Shown: in pieces, positions 31,186 to 40,619 of the stretch
Layout: each line of letters opens with the position of its first letter
How positions within the stretch are numbered: the first letter of the stretch is position 1
Assembly: GCA_964397485.1 (NCBI GenBank)
Contig: CAYNHT010000004.1
Location: 7,825-71,824 of the forward strand
DNA length: 64,000 bases
Source: an uncultured Muribaculaceae bacterium
GTDB taxonomy: Bacteria > Bacillota_I > Bacilli_A > RF39 > UBA660
Reading direction: 5' to 3'
Translations under genes and position numbers: made by a program
The notes under the pieces: generated by a model
What the model was told of the DNA's origin: nothing
Databases searched by the model: none
What the model saw: the letters and a program-made list of their open reading frames with translations, nothing else

Positions 31186-31767
31186 TTATTTATTAACGAC
31201 TTTTTCTAAATAACATTTGCCACATAAAGATTCATATGTAACATTATTTGTTTCATCAATAGCGACTTGATCTCCGTCACTCACAAATTCACCATTAACC
31301 TTACGGGCATTAAACTTTGCTCTTTTTCCACAACGACATATAGTAATTAATTCTTCTAGTTCATCGGCTAGTTCCATTAATCTTGCACTACCTAAAAAGG
31401 CGTTAGTCTTAAAGTCACTTCTAAGACCATAACATATAACTGGGATATCATGTATTTTAGTTATTTTCCATAGATCAACCACTTGTTCGCCTGTTAAAAA
31501 TTGTGCTTCATCAACTAAAATACAATTAATAATATCCATTTTTTCATTCAATTCATTAATAACACTTGCATTTTGTTCTAGTAACAAATCAACTTTTCTT
31601 GTTAAACCAATCCTTGAAACTAAACAATCGCCACCTTTTGTATCAATAATTGATTTAATAACAACCACTTCTTTTTCCCTTTCTTTGTAATTGTGTGCAA
31701 CTTGCATTAATGCACTTGTTTTGCCACAATTCATTGCTCCATATCTAAAATATAATTTAGCCATCAA
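31186..31767 (-). CDS. tdk: Thymidine kinase.
   Basis: P-loop GAMNCGKTS; zinc ribbon CRCG...CGKCY; 193 aa. Confidence 0.92.
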   Translation of the reverse strand: MMAKLYFRYGAMNCGKTSALMQVAHNYKEREKEVVVIKSIIDTKGGDCLVSRIGLTRKVDLLLEQNASVINELNEKMDIINCILVDEAQFLTGEQVVDLWKITKIHDIPVICYGLRSDFKTNAFLGSARLMELADELEELITICRCGKRAKFNARKVNGEFVSDGDQVAIDETNNVTYESLCGKCYLEKVVNK

Positions 31768-32669
31768 TCATTACCTCCTTTTTTTGCCCGTGGATGACTA
31801 TTCAAATAAACACTTCTTAAGCGTTCATTTGAAACATGTGTATATACTTGGGTAGTAGCCAAATTGGCGTGACCCAAAAGTTCTTGAACCGTTTTTAAAT
31901 CAGCACCTTCATTTAACATATGGGTAGCAAAAGTGTGCCTTAATACATGGGGACTGATATGTTTTTTTATCGCTCCTTTTTGAATAATCTTATCTATAAT
32001 TAATCTTATTCCTCTATCTGTTAGTGAGGTACCATTTTTATTTAACAATAAATAATCACTATTATTTTTGTTTAAAAGCTTAATACGTCCATCATTTAAA
32101 TAGATTTCTAATGCTTGTTTACATACTTCGCCATATAAAACATACCTTTCTTTATTACCTTTACCTAAAATTTTTATAGTTTCATTATATATATTTATAT
32201 CATTTATTTTAATATTTACTAATTCACTTACCCGGATTCCCGTTGAGTAAAGTAGTTCTAAAATAAGGAAATCCCTTTGACCAAAACTTGTATTTTTATC
32301 AGGTATATTTAAAAGTTGTTCTACTTCAGGATAATACAAAAAATTGGGTAATTTTTTGTCTTCTTTAGGATTAGTAATCAAACTAGTCGGATTTACTTTA
32401 ATTTTATTTTCTTTAAGAAGATACTTAAAAAAACTTCTTAAACTACTAATATGTCGACTGATTGTCTTTTTAGAATATCTTTTATTATAAAGTTCTTGAA
32501 GATACAATCGAATTACCTTATAATCAATATCTTTTACTTTTTTTATTTCTTCTCTCTTTAAAAAAAATATAAATGTATCCAAATCTTTCTCATAATTAGC
32601 TACGGTATGAAACGAATAATTTTTCTCGTTTTTTATATAATCTATAAAATCATTTATTAATACCGTCAT
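31764..32669 (-). CDS. xerC: Tyrosine recombinase XerC/XerD family. Start moved to ATG at 32669 (MTVLINDF...) with a GGTGA RBS; the ORF-track start is at 32696.
   Basis: C-terminal HVLRHTFATHMLNEGADLKTVQELLGHANLATTQVYTHV (R..H..R..Y catalytic tetrad). It sits beside topA, as xerC (codV) does in Bacillus, so it is called a chromosome-dimer resolvase rather than a mobile-element integrase. Confidence 0.75.
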   Translation of the reverse strand: MTVLINDFIDYIKNEKNYSFHTVANYEKDLDTFIFFLKREEIKKVKDIDYKVIRLYLQELYNKRYSKKTISRHISSLRSFFKYLLKENKIKVNPTSLITNPKEDKKLPNFLYYPEVEQLLNIPDKNTSFGQRDFLILELLYSTGIRVSELVNIKINDINIYNETIKILGKGNKERYVLYGEVCKQALEIYLNDGRIKLLNKNNSDYLLLNKNGTSLTDRGIRLIIDKIIQKGAIKKHISPHVLRHTFATHMLNEGADLKTVQELLGHANLATTQVYTHVSNERLRSVYLNSHPRAKKGGND

Positions 32670-32710
32670 ATTATCACCATTATTATTGTAGCACAAAAAA
32701 AGAACAAAAT

Positions 32711-33535
32711 CTATCGTTCTAATTTTTTTACCTTATCTTTATCTTCATACAACCCATCAAATATAGGTTTACCTTCTATTTCTCTATTTTGTAAATCTTC
32801 AATATCAAACATAGCTCTTACTTCTTCTATTGTAAGTCCATTTAATTCCTCATCATCAGTATTAATATATTCTGGTCTAATATTGTCTGATTCGATTTTA
32901 AAATCAATATTTTCTTTTGGAATATTATAATCTAAATTATTAAATTTATCTTTCCCTAAAATATATCCTCTTATTACCTTATAGCGAGAAAATTCTGTTA
33001 TTAAACTACTCTCCCTAAATAATAAATTATCATAAACATATTCATCTACCAATGTTTTTAATCTCTTATTGATATATCCATTTTCAACCATATAACGATA
33101 AAAACGTCCTTTTTGCATATCTGATATAAAACCACGGTAAACATTCAAAAATTCTCTATCATTTGTATTTACATATGTTGTATATTTGGAAGCAAAGTAT
33201 TTAAGTTGCGGTTGATCAGCATAAATAACATCTAGCATTTTGGTTTCTTTACTTTCTTTATAAGTAATATATATTTCACCGTGTTTAAAATTAATGTGCC
33301 CCTTACTTTCGAGATAAGCTAATAAATGATCTTCATCATCAAAATCAGTTGTTCTTGCATCAATCGTCGATAAAAAAGCTTTTTCTTTAAAAGCAATTTC
33401 ATTACTTTCTTCATCAATTTCTTTAAACTTTATTAGATATTCTTGAAATGATACAAAATCATTTACAACTAGACTATAGCGGCGACGCCCTTTTGTACTA
33501 CTCATAATATCACTCCTAATGACTAATTTCATCAC
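32711..33535 (-). CDS. Hypothetical protein (274 aa) between topA and xerC.
   Basis: ORF with coding-like composition; no recognisable motif. Confidence 0.4.
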   Translation of the reverse strand: MMKLVIRSDIMSSTKGRRRYSLVVNDFVSFQEYLIKFKEIDEESNEIAFKEKAFLSTIDARTTDFDDEDHLLAYLESKGHINFKHGEIYITYKESKETKMLDVIYADQPQLKYFASKYTTYVNTNDREFLNVYRGFISDMQKGRFYRYMVENGYINKRLKTLVDEYVYDNLLFRESSLITEFSRYKVIRGYILGKDKFNNLDYNIPKENIDFKIESDNIRPEYINTDDEELNGLTIEEVRAMFDIEDLQNREIEGKPIFDGLYEDKDKVKKLER

Positions 33536-33605
33536 TTTGGTTGATTAACTATTTAAATTATATCAGACTTTATCTTTTTTAGCAAACAAAAAAAGTAGAT
33601 AACTT

Positions 33606-35633
33606 CTACTTTTCATATTCACAACTACTACATTTTATCTTGTCTTTTTTCTCGACTAACATATTTTTACATTCAGGACATGACTCTCCAGTTGGTTTAT
33701 CCCAATATGCTGTTTTACACTTTGGAAAATTATTACATCCATAAAAAACTTTTCCTTTTTTGCTACGTCGCTCTACTATTTTACCATCACAATTAGGGCA
33801 ATCAGCTACAGCAACAACTTCTTTAGGTTCACTTTTTATATACTTGCATTCAGGATAATTGCTACAAGCGACAAATTCACCATATCGTCCTTTTCTTATA
33901 ACTAAATCGCTACTGCAATTAGGACAAGCCTCGCCCGTTTTTTCAGGTTCTTTCTTTTCCATATTATCAAAAGCTTTTTTTAAATATGGTTCAAATTCTT
34001 TATAAAAATCATCTAAAGTTTTTGTCCATACAATAGTTCCTAAAGCTATTTTGTCTAAGTCATCTTCCATGTTAGCTGTATACTTGACATTAATTAAATG
34101 ACTAAAGAATTCTTGGAGTTTATCAGTAATTTCGATTCCAATTTCAGTAGGAACAAACTTTTTATCAACGATATTAACATAACCTCTTGTTTTCAAAGTA
34201 TCCATCGTTTTAGCATATGTACTAGGTCTACCTATACCTAATTCTTCCATTTCTTTAATCAATTTAGCTTCAGTATATCTTGCTGGTGGCTTAGTAAAAT
34301 GTTGTTCTTTAGTTATATCGTTAGAAACGATTACATTTGATTTATATGTATCAAAAGGTGGTAATGTTTTTTCAGTTGTATCTTCATAATCACTGTACAC
34401 TTTCAAGTAACCATCGAAAATCAATACTTGACCAGTTGTTTTAAATTGATAATTATTATTATCTAAAATAACTGTTGTATTTTCTGTTTTAGCATCTACC
34501 ATTAATGAAGCTAATGCACGATAGTAAATCATACGATATAATTTATATTCATCATTTGATAAAAACTGTTTTACACTTAAAGGAGTACGTCTAATACTAG
34601 TTGGTCTAATTGCTTCATGAGCATCTTGTACATTATCAGTTTTCTTTTTTTGTTTTACACTACCTAAATATTCTTTACCAAAATTACCTTCAATATATTT
34701 GTAAGTTTCACTAATAAATTCAGTAGAAAGACGAGTTGAATCAGTACGCATGTAAGTAATCAACCCTACTGTTTCATCAGAAAGTTCAATTCCCTCATAT
34801 AGTTTTTGCGCAATGCTCATTGTCTTTTTGGCACCCATACCTAATTTGTTTGATGCATCCTGTTGCAAAGTACTCGTGATAAATGGCATCTTTGATTTCT
34901 TACTTTTAGTTTTCTTATCAACGCTTTCAATCTTAAAAGCATTACTTAATTTATCCAAAATCTCATTTGCTTCAACTTCATTGTTTATTTTGATATCCTT
35001 ATGGTTATAATTAAACAGTTCCGCATCAAAATCTTTAAAAACAGCACTGATAGTCCAATACTCTTCTTCGTTAAATGCCTCAATTTCTCTTTCTTTATCG
35101 ACAACCAATTTCAATGCAACACTTTGAACACGACCAGCACTACTACCATCTGTTTTGGCTTGCATTAACTTACTTAATCTAAAACCTATAATACGATCTA
35201 ATATACGTCTTGTCTCTTGAGAATTAACTAGGTGCTGATCAATTTTACGAGCATGTTTAAAAGACTCAGTAACAGCTCCTTTGGTTATTTCATTAAAAAC
35301 TATACGCTGATAGTTATCCTCAGTTAGTCCTAAAGCATCATATAAATGCCAACTAATTGCCTCACCCTCACGGTCAGGATCGGTTGCTAGATAGACTTTA
35401 TCTACTTTTTTAACCTCTTTTTTTAGTTCATCAACAACTTTCTTTTTACCTTTTATTGTTGTATAGTTAGGTTTGAAATTATCTTCTAAATCAACACCCA
35501 ATCCATATTTACCTTTTGTTGATAAATCTCTAACATGACCCTTACTAGATACTACTTTGTAATCCTTACCTAGATATTTTTCAATTGTCTTTGACTTACT
35601 AGGTGATTCCACTATAACTAAATTTTTCGGCAT
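33606..35633 (-). CDS. topA: DNA topoisomerase I with C-terminal zinc-ribbon repeats.
   Basis: Toprim N-terminus (LVIVESPSKSKTI), catalytic Tyr region, and three C4 zinc ribbons (CPNCSS...C..C, CPNCDG..., CPECKN...). Confidence 0.95.
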   Translation of the reverse strand: MPKNLVIVESPSKSKTIEKYLGKDYKVVSSKGHVRDLSTKGKYGLGVDLEDNFKPNYTTIKGKKKVVDELKKEVKKVDKVYLATDPDREGEAISWHLYDALGLTEDNYQRIVFNEITKGAVTESFKHARKIDQHLVNSQETRRILDRIIGFRLSKLMQAKTDGSSAGRVQSVALKLVVDKEREIEAFNEEEYWTISAVFKDFDAELFNYNHKDIKINNEVEANEILDKLSNAFKIESVDKKTKSKKSKMPFITSTLQQDASNKLGMGAKKTMSIAQKLYEGIELSDETVGLITYMRTDSTRLSTEFISETYKYIEGNFGKEYLGSVKQKKKTDNVQDAHEAIRPTSIRRTPLSVKQFLSNDEYKLYRMIYYRALASLMVDAKTENTTVILDNNNYQFKTTGQVLIFDGYLKVYSDYEDTTEKTLPPFDTYKSNVIVSNDITKEQHFTKPPARYTEAKLIKEMEELGIGRPSTYAKTMDTLKTRGYVNIVDKKFVPTEIGIEITDKLQEFFSHLINVKYTANMEDDLDKIALGTIVWTKTLDDFYKEFEPYLKKAFDNMEKKEPEKTGEACPNCSSDLVIRKGRYGEFVACSNYPECKYIKSEPKEVVAVADCPNCDGKIVERRSKKGKVFYGCNNFPKCKTAYWDKPTGESCPECKNMLVEKKDKIKCSSCEYEK

Positions 35634-35718
35634 AGTTCACTTCCTTTTTTTTATCAATATAATTTATACACTATTATTTTAATGTTGTCAACATCTATTA
35701 TATATATACTATAATTAT

Positions 35719-36873
35719 TTATCTGTTCCTTGTTTCATGTGCCATATGTCTAGAACTAGTTTTTGAAACATTACTATTTTTTTTCTTCATCTCTATCATA
35801 TCATAAAAAGCTTCAATTCTAGTTTTAATTCCAACTTCAGACGTATTTGAATCAAATGAAAAGAATATTATAGGCATATTATAATCACCACATATCTTAT
35901 TTAAAACAGGCATTGCGCCTATTTCAGGTGTACAAAATGAAGATTTTATATGAATAATACCATCGTACCCATTTTCACACAAATACTTAGTACGTGCTAT
36001 ATTATCAGTTGCATCAGCCCCCATTTTATACTTTACATATTCATAGGCATATTTGATTAATTTTTTTAATTCCTTTTTCTTTTCAAAGACTAAATAATGT
36101 ACATTTGTATATCTTTTAATTTCCATTCCATAACTTGCTAATTCTGTTTCTAAATAGTAATTAGCATATGGTTCCATTAATGTATATAACTCCCCTATTA
36201 GACCTATTTTTAAACAGTTATCTGGTTTGTTTATTTTTAGAGACTCAAATTTCTTTTTATATCTTTTATAACATAATCGTAGTCCTATATATGTTTTTAC
36301 TTTACTAAAATCTTTATACATTTGCCTTTGAAGTTTTATAAAACTATTCTTTTCTACCTCAAATCCTATATTTTGTCTAATATAATCATCAATTATATCC
36401 ATATATTTTATCATCTTAGATGTTATAAAAAGATAATACATTGCTTTAATTGGGTTAAATTTTTCATCTATATTCTTTATTTTTTTATAGATTTTTTTCA
36501 AATCTGTCTTTCCACAACTAACTAAATTTATAAAAGTAAAATCGTAACCAAGGTCCTTCAAAATCTGTTCTTGCAATTCACTATAATAACCATATCGACA
36601 ACCACCACCAGCTTGAATTAATATAGTAGCTCCTTTTTCTAAACTTTCTATCAATGTACCTATTGTATATTTAAAAGGAGTACAAACAAAATCCGGACTG
36701 TATTTAGTTCCTAATTCAATTGTTTTCGCACTTATTTTAGGCGAAGACATTATTTCACAACTCACTATTTTTTTCATTAAAAATTTAACAGGAATATCAT
36801 AATGACCCATGTGAGGAAAAGCAATAATTTGTTTAGTTGATGCTTTGTTTTTTTTGTCCAAGTATATCAACAA
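35719..36873 (-). CDS. Paralog of the DUF2229 / HgdB-like activase-associated protein at 14541..15617. Start uncertain; overlaps the upstream gene by 41 nt.
   Basis: FPHMGHY...SPDFVCTPFKY...IQAGGGCRYGYY aligns with the 14541..15617 product. Confidence 0.55.
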   Translation of the reverse strand: MLIYLDKKNKASTKQIIAFPHMGHYDIPVKFLMKKIVSCEIMSSPKISAKTIELGTKYSPDFVCTPFKYTIGTLIESLEKGATILIQAGGGCRYGYYSELQEQILKDLGYDFTFINLVSCGKTDLKKIYKKIKNIDEKFNPIKAMYYLFITSKMIKYMDIIDDYIRQNIGFEVEKNSFIKLQRQMYKDFSKVKTYIGLRLCYKRYKKKFESLKINKPDNCLKIGLIGELYTLMEPYANYYLETELASYGMEIKRYTNVHYLVFEKKKELKKLIKYAYEYVKYKMGADATDNIARTKYLCENGYDGIIHIKSSFCTPEIGAMPVLNKICGDYNMPIIFFSFDSNTSEVGIKTRIEAFYDMIEMKKKNSNVSKTSSRHMAHETRNR

Positions 36874-37747
36874 AACTTTCTAATCTAGTTTCTATTCCTG
36901 TTATTGAATTGATATCATCTATGATTAAATTGACATATGGCAAAGAGATTCTCCTCATTACTAATTCGTTTACTAATGAATCTGGTCCACACGGAAATGA
37001 TGAAACAAATACTATACCATCTATTTGACGTTCTACTAATTTAATTGCACCAATCAATTCTTTGTTATACTTCCAATATAATGTTTTGGACAATGATTTA
37101 GATAATTTATTGGTGACAACTGCATCAAAGCGATCTGCATATATTATTTCAACATCTAATTTTTTTAAAAAATTGGTAATTGGCATCCCCACATAATTGT
37201 CATAAATATTATATGGATGTCCAACTACTAGTACCTTAAGTTTATTACTACTTAACTTACTATAGTTAGTTAAAATTTGTTTTTTTCGTATTTTGTTTTG
37301 CTTTATTAAAGCTATTTGGTATGCTCTAATAACCTCAAATCTACTCTTTTTTAACTCTTTACCAATTTTTATCAACCCGTGTAACTCACTATTACCACCA
37401 TTAGTATCTATATTATAGTTGATAATTTTCACTTTGAAAGTATTGTTAACAATATCATAAAGACTTAAGAAATTAGTGCACGTTTGATTAGTAATACCAT
37501 AATTATCTATTCTAGGTATTAATAAAAAATCACATTTATCTTTTAAATAACTAACATGTCCCATATATATTTTTAAAGATAAACACATCTCATCATTTGT
37601 ATATTTGATTCCCTCATCTATTATATATTTAGTGGTATTGGGACTTTCTACTATTTCACAATCGAGTTCTTCAAAAAAATAGCGCCACATATCGATAAAA
37701 TAATAATAATATATACTCCTAGGAATTCCGATTCTTATCTTGTCCAT
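36833..37747 (-). CDS. Paralog of the 2-hydroxyacyl-CoA dehydratase-like protein at 15618..16547.
   Basis: IGIPRSIYYY...DEMCLSLKIYMGHV...LLIPRI aligns with the 15618..16547 product. Confidence 0.55.
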   Translation of the reverse strand: MDKIRIGIPRSIYYYYFIDMWRYFFEELDCEIVESPNTTKYIIDEGIKYTNDEMCLSLKIYMGHVSYLKDKCDFLLIPRIDNYGITNQTCTNFLSLYDIVNNTFKVKIINYNIDTNGGNSELHGLIKIGKELKKSRFEVIRAYQIALIKQNKIRKKQILTNYSKLSSNKLKVLVVGHPYNIYDNYVGMPITNFLKKLDVEIIYADRFDAVVTNKLSKSLSKTLYWKYNKELIGAIKLVERQIDGIVFVSSFPCGPDSLVNELVMRRISLPYVNLIIDDINSITGIETRLESFVDILGQKKQSIN

Positions 37748-37832
37748 TTTATCACCTATATAAATATATTAACAAACATATTATTTATGAATAATTTAAA
37801 ATAAATCGATAAAGATAATACTAGGTGATAAA

Positions 37833-38003
37833 ATGCATAAGGACTCCAAAATAGGACACCAATCAATTTTATGTTCAGTTTATGATTGCATACATTGTAA
37901 TCGTGAAGATGAATATTGCCAACTAGAGAAAATTAAGATATGTGATCATGAAGGACATGAATCAAAAGAAGCTACAATGTGTGATAGTTATGACAAAAGA
38001 TAA
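37833..38003 (+). CDS. Unannotated small Cys/His-rich protein (56 aa), DUF1540-like: MHKDSKIGHQSILCSVYDCIHCNREDEYCQLEKIKICDHEGHESKEATMCDSYDKR.
   Basis: I translated this by hand; it falls below the ORF-track length cutoff. AGGTGA RBS at 37823-37828. The pattern C.V..C.(H)C...(E)YC.A..I.I......H.....T.CD.(F/Y) matches my recollection of DUF1540. Confidence 0.45.
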   Translation: MHKDSKIGHQSILCSVYDCIHCNREDEYCQLEKIKICDHEGHESKEATMCDSYDKR

Positions 38004-38080
38004 GTCAATATGATTTATCTTTTAAATTTGGCTTTTTCCTTAAAATATGGTATAATATAATAATTTCTAGAGGTGATAAT

Positions 38081-39334
38081 ATGCAAATAAAACAATTAAC
38101 CAATGAAGAATTTAATAAGTTTTCTAGTCAGTACAACTTATATTCAATTTATCAAACAATTGAGTATGCTTTTGTTATGAATAATCAAAATTTTGATAGT
38201 TTATTTTTAGGTCTAATCGATGAAGATAGTAATATAATTGGTGCATCATTAGTATTAATTGAAAAAAGATATGGATTTAAATATGCATACGCCCCAAGAG
38301 GCTTTTTAATTGATTATAATAACTTTGCTTTACTACAAACATTTACTTATGAGATGAAAAAATATTTAGGACGCTTAGATGTAATAGCTATTAAAATTAG
38401 TCCATTAATAACTAAAGATGTATATGATCCAAATTATAAAATAAACGAGGATAATAATTATTATAATTCTATTTTTAAAAATTTAATCGATGTTGGTTAT
38501 TATCACCTAGGTTATAATAACTACTTTGAAGCGTTGAAGCCTCGTCATGAAGCCATTATTGATATAGACATGCCCTACTATTTATTGTTTAAGAATATCA
38601 AAAAAGAATTTAGAACTAAAATTAGGGGTGCTGAAAGAAATGGTATAAAAATATATAAAGGCAATGAGGATAATCTTGATTATTTATACCTACAAACTAA
38701 GAAAAAATATCCTAGGGATTTAAAATATTTCAAGGATATATATTTCTTCTTTTCTAAAAGAAACATGATTGATTTTTATTTTGCTAAACTAGATACTGAA
38801 AAGTTTTTGAAAATAACACAAAAAGAATATGAGAAAAATGAAGAAAATAGTGCCTTTATCAATAATTTAGTTATGACAAATCTAAGTAAAAATAATAATA
38901 AAATGATTAATAGGAAAATTAGTGCTGACTTTGCTTTAGAAAGATATAAAAAGCAACTTGTTAGTGCTACTAATCTATTAAGGGATTATCCAACTGGTGT
39001 TGTCATGGCTTCTGTCTTAGTAATAAAATATAGGGATACTGTTCACCTATTGATGGATGGTTATGACCCTAATTATAAGAATTTTAATGCAAAACATTTA
39101 TTGTTTTGGAAACTTATTGAAAGATACTCTAAGATGGGCTACAAAAAATTTAATTTAGGCGGTATCAGCAGTTTAAATATTGAAGATAACAAGTATCAAG
39201 GATTAAATGAGTTTAAATTAAATTTTGGTGCTAAGGCATACGAATATATTGGAGATTTAGAATTAGTTACAAATAGTCCACTTTATTTTATGTATCGTAA
39301 TGCAGCGCCAATTAGAAACATATTAAAAAAGTAG
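38081..39334 (+). CDS. FemAB-family aminoacyl-tRNA-dependent peptidoglycan branch-peptide transferase (FemX/MurM-like).
   Basis: 417 aa; coiled-coil insert in the middle; C-terminal VVMASVLVIKYRDTVHLLMDGYDP...KHLLFWKLIERYSKMGYKKFNLGGIS matches the FemAB core. Confidence 0.65.
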   Translation: MQIKQLTNEEFNKFSSQYNLYSIYQTIEYAFVMNNQNFDSLFLGLIDEDSNIIGASLVLIEKRYGFKYAYAPRGFLIDYNNFALLQTFTYEMKKYLGRLDVIAIKISPLITKDVYDPNYKINEDNNYYNSIFKNLIDVGYYHLGYNNYFEALKPRHEAIIDIDMPYYLLFKNIKKEFRTKIRGAERNGIKIYKGNEDNLDYLYLQTKKKYPRDLKYFKDIYFFFSKRNMIDFYFAKLDTEKFLKITQKEYEKNEENSAFINNLVMTNLSKNNNKMINRKISADFALERYKKQLVSATNLLRDYPTGVVMASVLVIKYRDTVHLLMDGYDPNYKNFNAKHLLFWKLIERYSKMGYKKFNLGGISSLNIEDNKYQGLNEFKLNFGAKAYEYIGDLELVTNSPLYFMYRNAAPIRNILKK

Positions 39335-39360
39335 AATATACATTCTACTTTTTTTGTTTG
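39334..39360. terminator. Bidirectional rho-independent terminator between the FemAB-like gene and tuf.
   Basis: GTAGAAT-ATA-CATTCTAC followed by TTTTTTT on the plus strand and a T-run on the minus strand. Confidence 0.6.
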
Positions 39361-40545
39361 TTATTCAACGATTTCTGAAACGTTACCAGCACCAACTGTT
39401 CTACCACCTTCACGAATTGAGAACTTAGTTCCATTTTCGATAGCGATAGGAGAAATTAATTCAACAGTCATAGTGATGTTATCTCCTGGCATAACCATTT
39501 CCACACCTTCTGGTAATTCAATAACACCAGTTACATCCGTAGTACGGAAGTAGAATTGTGGACGGTAGTTTGAGAAGAATGGAGTATGACGTCCGCCTTC
39601 TTCTTTGCTAAGTACATAAACTTGTGCCTTAAACTTTTTGTGAGGAGTAACTGAACCCGGTTTAGCTAAAACTTGACCACGTTCAACATCTTCACGAGAA
39701 ATACCACGTAATAATACACCAGCATTATCTCCTGCTTCAGCATAGTCTAATTGTTTACGGAACATTTCGATTCCTGTAACAACAGCTTTTGCTGTATCTT
39801 TAATACCAATGATTTCGATTTCATCATTTAATTTTAAATGACCACGTTCAACACGTCCTGTAACAACAGTTCCACGACCTGTGATTGTGAAAACGTCTTC
39901 AATAGGCATTAAGAATGGTTTTTCAGTATCACGAGCTGGAGTTTCGATCCAAGCATCAACTGAATCCATCAATCCAAGGATTGCTTGTTCGTATTTTTCT
40001 TCTCCCTCAAGAGCTTTTAAAGCAGATCCACGGATAACTGGAGTATTGTCTCCATCAAATCCATATTCGCTTAATAATTCACGAATTTCCATTTCTACTA
40101 AATCTAATAACTCTTCATCATCAACCATATCACATTTGTTCATGAATACAACCATACGAGGTACTCCAACTTGACGCGATAATAAGATGTGCTCACGAGT
40201 TTGAGCCATAGGCCCATCAGTAGCAGCAATAACTAAGATTGCTCCATCCATTTGTGCTGCACCAGTAATCATATTTTTTACGTAGTCAGCATGCCCAGGA
40301 CAGTCAACGTGTGCATAATGTCTAGCATCTGTTTGATATTCAACGTGTGCAGTATTAATTGTAATACCACGTTCTCTTTCTTCTGGGGCTTTATCAATTT
40401 GGTCATAAGCTTGGAATTCAGCTTTACCAGATTTTGCTAATACGTTAGTAATAGCAGCTGTTAATGTAGTTTTACCATGATCGACGTGTCCAATTGTACC
40501 AATATTAACATGTGGTTTTGAACGATCGAATTTTTGTTTTGCCAT
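39361..40545 (-). CDS. tuf: Elongation factor Tu.
   Basis: [22 protein letters not shown]; 394 aa. Confidence 0.97.
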   Translation of the reverse strand: MAKQKFDRSKPHVNIGTIGHVDHGKTTLTAAITNVLAKSGKAEFQAYDQIDKAPEERERGITINTAHVEYQTDARHYAHVDCPGHADYVKNMITGAAQMDGAILVIAATDGPMAQTREHILLSRQVGVPRMVVFMNKCDMVDDEELLDLVEMEIRELLSEYGFDGDNTPVIRGSALKALEGEEKYEQAILGLMDSVDAWIETPARDTEKPFLMPIEDVFTITGRGTVVTGRVERGHLKLNDEIEIIGIKDTAKAVVTGIEMFRKQLDYAEAGDNAGVLLRGISREDVERGQVLAKPGSVTPHKKFKAQVYVLSKEEGGRHTPFFSNYRPQFYFRTTDVTGVIELPEGVEMVMPGDNITMTVELISPIAIENGTKFSIREGGRTVGAGNVSEIVE

Positions 40546-40619
40546 ATTAATTTTCCTCCTTTTAATTATCTACATATTATATTTTATATCAACTAAGTAA
40601 AAATATCAAGTATTTTTAC

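Noticed and set aside
31764-32696. Tyrosine recombinase as a marker of an integrated mobile element.
   Set aside because: It is flanked by topA and tdk/ppdK housekeeping genes in the conserved topA-xerC arrangement. There are no phage, IS or attachment-site features. It is called a chromosome-dimer resolvase instead.
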